Positions 27,235-32,000 of a DNA stretch of 32,000 bases are shown here, piece after piece. Position numbers and translations under genes: made by a program. The stretch lies in the NCBI RefSeq assembly GCF_002310835.1, contig NZ_CP011041.1, positions 1,680,001 through 1,712,000 on the forward strand, read 5' to 3'. Below the pieces are notes generated by a model, which worked only from the letters and a program-made list of their open reading frames with translations, was not told the DNA's origin and made no database searches. Numbering within the stretch: the first letter of the stretch is position 1; every line of letters begins with the position of its first letter. Source of the stretch: Pseudoalteromonas tetraodonis (GTDB taxonomy: Bacteria > Pseudomonadota > Gammaproteobacteria > Enterobacterales > Alteromonadaceae).

Positions 27235-27666
27235 ATGGCAAAATCTAAACCACAAATTACATTACAAAGTTTCGGCATATATAGTCACTGGGACAAAGAC
27301 AGTAAATCGCTACCGCAAATTACTCAATTCACTACGCAAGTCAAAGCAGAACTTGATGTAGAATTTGGTCTGATAGTTAATATTAAAAAAGCTAAAGGCG
27401 AAAAACTACATTTTTGTATTTACCACCCAGGTATTATAGATACCAATGGCGAAGTGATGCTGCCTTTTGAGGGGACTGTATATGTTAAAGACAACGACTG
27501 GTCGTTTTATTTAGGCGATACGGTATGGGAGCCTATTGAGGATAAAATAGGTGACTGGCGTATGACCTTATCTTTAGCGGGGAAAGTGATTGCGGATAAA
27601 ACATTTAATCTTATTAATGAAAAAACTAAAACTGAAGACGACTTTTGGAAATACCGCGGTTATTAA
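27235..27666 (+). CDS. DUF3859-like small protein (143 aa), function unknown
   Basis: It starts 58 nt downstream of the kinase gene on the same strand. The sequence SFGIYSHWD...LPQITQFTTQVKAELDVEFGLIVNIKKAKGEKL...IYHPG...WEP...GDWRMTL fits my recollection of the DUF3859 family. That family assignment is unverified. Confidence 0.6.
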   Translation: MAKSKPQITLQSFGIYSHWDKDSKSLPQITQFTTQVKAELDVEFGLIVNIKKAKGEKLHFCIYHPGIIDTNGEVMLPFEGTVYVKDNDWSFYLGDTVWEPIEDKIGDWRMTLSLAGKVIADKTFNLINEKTKTEDDFWKYRGY

Positions 27667-27686
27667 TTACTTCAGTTTGCAGTAAC

Positions 27687-27717
27687 GCAAGAGCTAACGT
27701 TTATTGTTAACTCTTGC
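27687..27717. other. Hairpin between convergent genes (possible weak bidirectional terminator)
   Basis: GCAAGAGCTAAC-gtttatt-GTTAACTCTTGC. There is no clear U-tract on either strand. Confidence 0.35.
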
Positions 27718-27729
27718 CTAAAATACGTA

Positions 27730-28146
27730 TTAGTTACCCCACGGGTTACTTGAATTTGAACGTTGCTTACGGGTACGCGCACGTTGTTTTGCTGCTTTTT
27801 TTTCTTGAATACGTTTTGCATCAGAAAAGCTTAACTCGCAAGGCTCCCCTGGTTTATCGCCTTCAGGAATAATGCGGTCGCGTGGAGGCAGTTCGTATTG
27901 TACGTCATCTGGGCGAGGTAAGTTTTTAAGGCGGTACAAATAGAAATTATCTACTTTTTGTTGTGCCCACTCGGTTTTACGCAAAAATTTAACTGCAGAT
28001 TTAATGTCAGGGTTATTTTTAAAGCAGTTAAGTTGTAAGTAGGCATGCAGGAGTTCCCACCCATATTGCTCAACCAGTTCTTCAACCACTTGCTCTAATT
28101 TAACGCCTTGCAGTGGGTTATTACTGAAAAGTTCTTGGTTGCTCAT
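27730..28146 (-). CDS. VF530/DUF2132-family putative DNA-binding protein with a basic C-terminal tail
   Basis: 138 aa. The N-terminal part LQGVKLEQVVEELVEQYGWELLHAYLQLNCFKNNPDIKSAVKFLRKTEWAQQKVDNFYL matches the VF530-type four-helix domain as I remember it. The C-terminus is Lys/Arg-rich (KKAAKQRARTRKQR). Confidence 0.6.
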   Translation of the reverse strand: MSNQELFSNNPLQGVKLEQVVEELVEQYGWELLHAYLQLNCFKNNPDIKSAVKFLRKTEWAQQKVDNFYLYRLKNLPRPDDVQYELPPRDRIIPEGDKPGEPCELSFSDAKRIQEKKAAKQRARTRKQRSNSSNPWGN

Positions 28147-28218
28147 AGGTGTTCTCTCGTTATTAAAAAATCAGCGAACATTATAAATTTAATAACGAGA
28201 GTTTAGTAGCAAAAATGC

Positions 28219-29211
28219 TTAACTTTGACAATTAACCACTACACGTCCACGAATTTGGCCCTGCATTAGTTGCTCGGCGCTTTCAATGACTTGATCAAGA
28301 TTTATTTCAGTTGAAATTTTATCCAAGTAATCGGCATTAACTAATGAAGCTAAACGTTCCCAAGCTTCAACACGATCCGCTTTAGGGCGCATAACGCTAT
28401 CAATACCCATTAATGAAACCCCACGTAAAATAAATGGTGCAACCGAGGCCGGTAAGTCCATACCTTGAGCAAGCCCGCAAGCAGTAACAACCCCCCCATA
28501 TTTAAGTGATGCACAAATATTTGCAAGTGTATGGCTACCCACAGAATCAATAGCTGCAGCAAAGCGTTCTTTTTGCAGAGGTTTACCAGGGTTAGAAAAC
28601 TCATTTCTATCAATTACATTAGTTGCTCCTAATGATTTTAAATAGTCTGCTTGCTCCATACGACCTGTTGCAGCGGTGACTTGATATCCTAGCTGGCTTA
28701 GTAAATAAATAGCAAAACTGCCTACGCCACCATTAGCACCGGTCACTAAAATTTCACCTGACTCGGGAGTAACGCCTTGCTTTTCTAGTGCAATAACACT
28801 GAGCATTGCCGTATAACCGGCAGTACCAATTTGCATAGCTTGTTTAGGTGATAAGTTAGCGGGTAGGGGAATTAACCAATCACTGCTCAGTGCCGCTTTT
28901 TGAGATAAGCCACCCCAGTGCTTTTCGCCAACACCAAAACCATTTAAAATAACGTGGTCGCCACTTTTAAATTCAGCACTGTCGCTGCTAGTCACTGTAC
29001 CCACTAAATCAATCCCCGGCACCATAGGAAAGCTACGTACAACAGGGCCTTTACCCGTGATGGCTAAGCCATCTTTATAATTTAAGGTACTGTAAAGCAC
29101 ATCAATTAATACATTTTCGTTTGGCAGATCGTCACTGTTTATGGTGCTTAGAGCTGCAGTGTAGTTGTCGTCTTGCTTATCTATAACAATAGCTTTGATA
29201 GAATTGCTCAT
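28219..29211 (-). CDS. acuI: Acrylyl-CoA reductase / YhdH-type NADPH-dependent MDR oxidoreductase
   Basis: 330 aa. The sequence VLIDVLYSTLNYKDGLAITGKGPVVRSFPMVPGIDLVGTV closely parallels E. coli YhdH ([33 protein letters not shown]). The nucleotide-binding motif is VTGANGGVGS. Confidence 0.85.
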   Translation of the reverse strand: MSNSIKAIVIDKQDDNYTAALSTINSDDLPNENVLIDVLYSTLNYKDGLAITGKGPVVRSFPMVPGIDLVGTVTSSDSAEFKSGDHVILNGFGVGEKHWGGLSQKAALSSDWLIPLPANLSPKQAMQIGTAGYTAMLSVIALEKQGVTPESGEILVTGANGGVGSFAIYLLSQLGYQVTAATGRMEQADYLKSLGATNVIDRNEFSNPGKPLQKERFAAAIDSVGSHTLANICASLKYGGVVTACGLAQGMDLPASVAPFILRGVSLMGIDSVMRPKADRVEAWERLASLVNADYLDKISTEINLDQVIESAEQLMQGQIRGRVVVNCQS

Positions 29212-29222
29212 TAGATTTCCTT

Positions 29223-29241
29223 TTAGACCGATCGTCTTTAA
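29223..29241. promoter_or_regulatory. Candidate TetR operator copy 1 (upstream of acuI)
   Basis: TTAGACCGATCGTCTTTAA lies 12 nt upstream of the acuI start. It shares TTAGACCGATCG..TTTAA with the copy upstream of the TetR gene and has a near-palindromic AGACCGATCG(G)TCT core. Confidence 0.45.
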
Positions 29242-29260
29242 ATTAGTAATAAAAAATGCA

Positions 29261-29896
29261 TTAACTGAGTAATGCGCGTAAAAACATTTCTGTGTATAAA
29301 GTAAGTGGCTTACTTGATTGGGTTAGTTTAGCTCGCATTACTGCGCCTTCCCAACCCACCCAAAAATATTCACTCATTTGTTCGGTATTAATGTGTGGAT
29401 TAATAGTTTGTTGCTGCTGGGCTAAATCTAAACATCGTTTTAATTGTTGTTGCCAAGCGATGTAGCTTTGCATTAAACGAGTTTTAAAGTCGTCACTTAA
29501 ATGATTAAGCTCTTGATTTAAGTTACCCACCAAGCACCCGCGTTTGTAATCATACTTTTGCATTCCAGCAATTGCGCTTTGTGTGAAATTAACAATGCGC
29601 TCAAGTGCGGGGACTTCAGATTGCTCTAGGTAAAATTTAAGTTTATTTATAAAAAAATCGTCGTAGGCATCAACAAGAGCCAAACCATAGGCTTCTTTAC
29701 TTTTAAAGTAATGATAAAAAGAGCCTTTTGGTACTTTTGCTTTTTTTAATATGGTATCGAGCCCGGTGGCACTAAAGCCAAACTCAGTTAAGGTTTCTAA
29801 GCCCACACGAATGAGCAGCGCTTTTGTATCTGCGCTGTCTCTGGCTATTTTGGGTGGGCGGCCACGCCTAGTTGCAACTGCTGGTGTTTTGTTCAT
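29261..29896 (-). CDS. TetR/AcrR-family transcriptional regulator
   Basis: 211 aa with the N-terminal TetR HTH (LIRVGLETLTEFGFSATGLDTILKKAKVPKGSFYHYFKSKEA). Confidence 0.85.
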   Translation of the reverse strand: MNKTPAVATRRGRPPKIARDSADTKALLIRVGLETLTEFGFSATGLDTILKKAKVPKGSFYHYFKSKEAYGLALVDAYDDFFINKLKFYLEQSEVPALERIVNFTQSAIAGMQKYDYKRGCLVGNLNQELNHLSDDFKTRLMQSYIAWQQQLKRCLDLAQQQQTINPHINTEQMSEYFWVGWEGAVMRAKLTQSSKPLTLYTEMFLRALLS

Positions 29897-29904
29897 GCTT
29901 CATA

Positions 29905-29923
29905 TTAGACCGATCGGTTTTAA
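29905..29923. promoter_or_regulatory. Candidate TetR operator copy 2 (upstream of the TetR gene)
   Basis: TTAGACCGATCGGTTTTAA lies 9 nt upstream of the TetR start and matches 17/19 with the copy at 29223-29241. Confidence 0.45.
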
Positions 29924-30258
29924 TTAATCAAGCTTTTATTTGGGATGTTTTTAAAACAGCTCTGACGTTCATTTTTTGATTACAAATTAATTGGGAACTT
30001 AAGGGTATATTGTTAGTCACAAATATGACACTTATGTGTTTTAAACGATGTATCGGAACATTTTAATAAAGTTAAATTGGTTAAAGTTGAGCAATAAAAT
30101 TATTTTTAAATTAATTTATCATTGCATCAGCAGCTTAGTTAAAGTCAAACAAATTAATTGTATTTTGTGTTTGAATTAAACATTTTTGTTGGCTATTTAT
30201 TAAATGTAGATGAACTTAATGCTACAAAAATATAAATATAAAGGTGAGGATTTTACCG

Positions 30259-30429
30259 ATGAAGAGACAGAAAAGAGATCGTTTAGAAAGAGCTCATTCT
30301 CAAGGTTTTAAAGCTGGTTTAGCTGGTCGCTCAAAAGAGCACTGCCCTTATCAACAAGTTGATCCTAAGTCTGAGTGGCTTGGTGGTTGGCGCGAGGCAA
30401 TAGAAAATCGCAATATGTATAAAACATAA
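30259..30429 (+). CDS. rmf: Ribosome modulation factor
   Basis: MKRQKRDRLERAHSQGFKAGLAGRSKEHCPYQQVDPKSEWLGGWREAIENR is near-identical in pattern to E. coli Rmf (MKRQKRDRLERAHQRGYQAGIAGRSKEMCPYQ...WLGGWREA). The ATG at 30259 follows GGTGAGGA. The track's GTG at 30244 is unlikely. Confidence 0.9.
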   Translation: MKRQKRDRLERAHSQGFKAGLAGRSKEHCPYQQVDPKSEWLGGWREAIENRNMYKT

Positions 30430-30447
30430 ACTCACAACGAATTTAAG

Positions 30448-30477
30448 CAAAAAAGCCTCTAGTTAGAGGCTTTTTTG
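30448..30477. terminator. Bidirectional rho-independent terminator between convergent rmf and fabA
   Basis: AAAAAAGCCTCT-agtt-AGAGGCTTTTTT. Confidence 0.75.
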
Positions 30478-30492
30478 TTGCGTGCGTTAAAA

Positions 30493-31008
30493 TTAAAACG
30501 CGCTAGTGTCTTGGAATAAGCCCACTTTTAAATCTTTTGCTTCGTATATAACGCGGCCGTCTACTTCAACAGTGCCATCAGCCATGCCCATAAACAACTT
30601 ACGTTTAATAACGCGTTTCATATCTAAACGGTAAGTTACTTTTTTAGCCGTTGGTAGAATTTGGCCAGTAAATTTAACTTCACCTACACCTAATGCGCGG
30701 CCAAGACCTGGGCCACCAGACCAGCCTAAGAAAAACCCAACCAGTTGCCACATTGCATCTAAGCCTAAACAACCCGGCATTACAGGGTCGCCTTTAAAGT
30801 GGCAGTCAAAAAACCAAAGGCTAGGGTCAATATCTAGCTCAGCAATAATTTGGCCTTTACCGTGCTCACCACCATCATCGGTGATAGAGATGATACGATC
30901 CATCATTAACATGTTGTCACTTGGTAAACGACAATTTCCTTCACCAAACATTTCACCTTGACCACAAAGGATCAAATCTTCTTTTGTATAGCTATTTTTA
31001 GGTTCCAT
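30493..31008 (-). CDS. fabA: 3-Hydroxydecanoyl-ACP dehydratase / trans-2-decenoyl-ACP isomerase
   Basis: 171 aa with the FabA hot-dog signature [31 protein letters not shown]. The rmf-fabA convergent adjacency is the same as in E. coli. Confidence 0.95.
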   Translation of the reverse strand: MEPKNSYTKEDLILCGQGEMFGEGNCRLPSDNMLMMDRIISITDDGGEHGKGQIIAELDIDPSLWFFDCHFKGDPVMPGCLGLDAMWQLVGFFLGWSGGPGLGRALGVGEVKFTGQILPTAKKVTYRLDMKRVIKRKLFMGMADGTVEVDGRVIYEAKDLKVGLFQDTSAF

Positions 31009-31045
31009 AACACTTTATCTTTGCTTAGAAATTGCCCCGTACTTT

Positions 31046-31063
31046 AGCGTACACTTGTACGCT
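31046..31063 (-). promoter_or_regulatory. FabR operator in the fabA promoter
   Basis: AGCGTACACTTGTACGCT is a perfect 8+2+8 palindrome, flanked by TTT/AAA, 38 nt upstream of the fabA ATG. It matches the E. coli FabR palindrome type (AGCGTACA-N2-TGT.AGCT) at fabA/fabB. Confidence 0.7.
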
Positions 31064-31064
31064 A

Positions 31065-31081
31065 AACAACTCGGAGCAGTT
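31065..31081 (-). promoter_or_regulatory. FadR-like box immediately upstream of the FabR operator
   Basis: The minus strand reads AACTGCTCCGAGTTGTT and then, after one T, the FabR box. It matches 14/17 to the E. coli fabA FadR site AACTGATCGGACTTGTT, with the same abutting arrangement as in E. coli. Confidence 0.55.
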
Positions 31082-31203
31082 AAAAAATGGTTTAAATATA
31101 GCCAATCAGTCAATGCAACTGATTTTAGTATGATTAAACCGCGCAATTACTAACAGAAATCATTATAATTAGGGCTGACTTTTAATCAGTTTAAAGGAAA
31201 TTT

Positions 31204-32000
31204 ATGACCCTTTTTGTTAACTCACTCACTGTGATTGATTTTTCTTACTTATGCAATAAACGCGGTGCAGTTGGCGAAAGTTGGATTGTTGATTTGACTT
31301 TACATGGCAAACTAAATGAAGAGTCTATGGTTTTAGACTTTGGCTTAGTTAAAAAGCAAATAAAAGGCATTATTGATGAGTGTATTGATCACCGTTTAGC
31401 TGTTCCAAATAACATAAACGGTAGCATTAATGAATTTGCTGATCATAAAACATTAGATTGTACATTTGGTGAGAATAAGCACCTTGCAATGAGTGCGCCT
31501 CATCAAGCTTTTTGCCTGATAGATACCGATAAGATAACCATTGAGTCGGTCACAGAGTATTTAATTGCCACAATACTGCCACAGCTTCCTGATAATATTG
31601 AAAAAATTGAACTGGTATTAAAGCCTGAGCACAACCAAAGTTTTTACTACCACTACAGCCATGGCCTTAAAAAGCATGATGGTAATTGCCAGCGCATTAT
31701 TCATGGCCATCGTTCACAAATAGGGATCAGCTTAGGTGGTATCTCTATGCCTCGTTTACAAAAACAGTGGGCTGATAAATGGCAAGATATTTACTTAGCT
31801 ACCAGCGAAGATCAAATCAGCGCCTCTGAATTAAAACACATTATCGCCAAAGAGGATGACGTGTGTTTTGCATATACAGCCGCGCAAGGTTATTTTGAAA
31901 TGGCTATTAGCGAATCGCGTTGCGACATTTTACCCATAGATACCACAGTAGAATGTATTGCTGAGTATATTGCCGGCCAAGTAAAACTGCAGCATCCAGA
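31204..32000 (+). CDS. 6-Pyruvoyl-tetrahydropterin synthase / QueD-like family protein (partial; continues beyond the window)
   Basis: This ORF is not in the track because it runs off the edge. The ATG at 31204 follows AGGA, and I checked that 265 codons are open. The sequence is MTLFVNSLTVIDFSYLCNKRGAVGESWIVDLTLHGKLNEESMVLDFGLVKKQIK...CQRIIHGHRS, a PTPS-type C-x-HGH motif. Confidence 0.7.
   Translation, partial: MTLFVNSLTVIDFSYLCNKRGAVGESWIVDLTLHGKLNEESMVLDFGLVKKQIKGIIDECIDHRLAVPNNINGSINEFADHKTLDCTFGENKHLAMSAPHQAFCLIDTDKITIESVTEYLIATILPQLPDNIEKIELVLKPEHNQSFYYHYSHGLKKHDGNCQRIIHGHRSQIGISLGGISMPRLQKQWADKWQDIYLATSEDQISASELKHIIAKEDDVCFAYTAAQGYFEMAISESRCDILPIDTTVECIAEYIAGQVKLQHP

Noticed and set aside
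30140-30243. A CRP-like site (TGTGTttgaatTAAACA) in the long AT-rich region upstream of rmf
   Set aside because: Only one half-site resembles TGTGA-N6-TCACA. In DNA this AT-rich, such partial matches are expected.
1-32000. CRISPR arrays, tRNA/rRNA genes, and obvious toxin-antitoxin or known defence-system genes
   Set aside because: I scanned the intergenic regions by eye. I found no regularly spaced direct repeats, no cloverleaf-like GC-rich 75-90 nt segments, and no recognisable defence-gene motifs.

Overview
This is a chromosomal segment from an AT-rich gammaproteobacterium. Gene content and order look most like Alteromonadales such as Pseudoalteromonas or Shewanella, but that is inference and no search was run. 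About 60% of the window (1-17.3 kb) is a conventional branched-chain amino-acid catabolon. It has a minus-strand liuR-liuABCDE-scoAB leucine operon, preceded by a partial LysR regulator gene. Back-to-back with it is a plus-strand valine/isoleucine operon: thiolase, mmsA, acyl-CoA dehydrogenase, enoyl-CoA hydratase, 3-hydroxyisobutyryl-CoA hydrolase, mmsB and an SDR. The two operons share a 316-bp control region with two TTTACG-N4-SGTAAA palindromes.

Directly after the valine-operon terminator lies an AT-richer accessory patch (about 17.3-21.1 kb) that the ORF track does not explain. It contains:
- a 3'-truncated, nonsense- and frameshift-bearing integron integrase (intI) remnant;
- an attI-like GTTAAGT core;
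- one cassette (91-aa, 3-TM ORF) closed by a 107-bp attC-like imperfect palindrome;
- a 1.39-kb element with 18-bp terminal inverted repeats, carrying a Y1/HUH (RAYT-like) transposase pseudogene broken by a 1-nt frameshift and by two related ~70-nt structured repeats inserted in opposite orientations, one splitting the HUH motif;
- an internally deleted IS3-family remnant with its right inverted repeat;
- an orphan 171-aa membrane-anchored ORF.

The right third encodes cytochrome b561, an MCP with inverted domain order (signalling domain first, unknown C-terminal domain), a signal-peptide-bearing M17 aminopeptidase, and a 605-aa protein-kinase-like protein followed by a DUF3859-like gene. After these come a VF530/DUF2132-like gene, a TetR-acuI pair with a shared palindromic box, rmf, fabA with an E. 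coli-like FadR+FabR composite operator, and a partial PTPS/QueD-like gene.

No rRNA, tRNA or CRISPR array was seen. The most interesting targets are the decayed integron with its nested mobile debris, and the kinase/DUF3859 pair.
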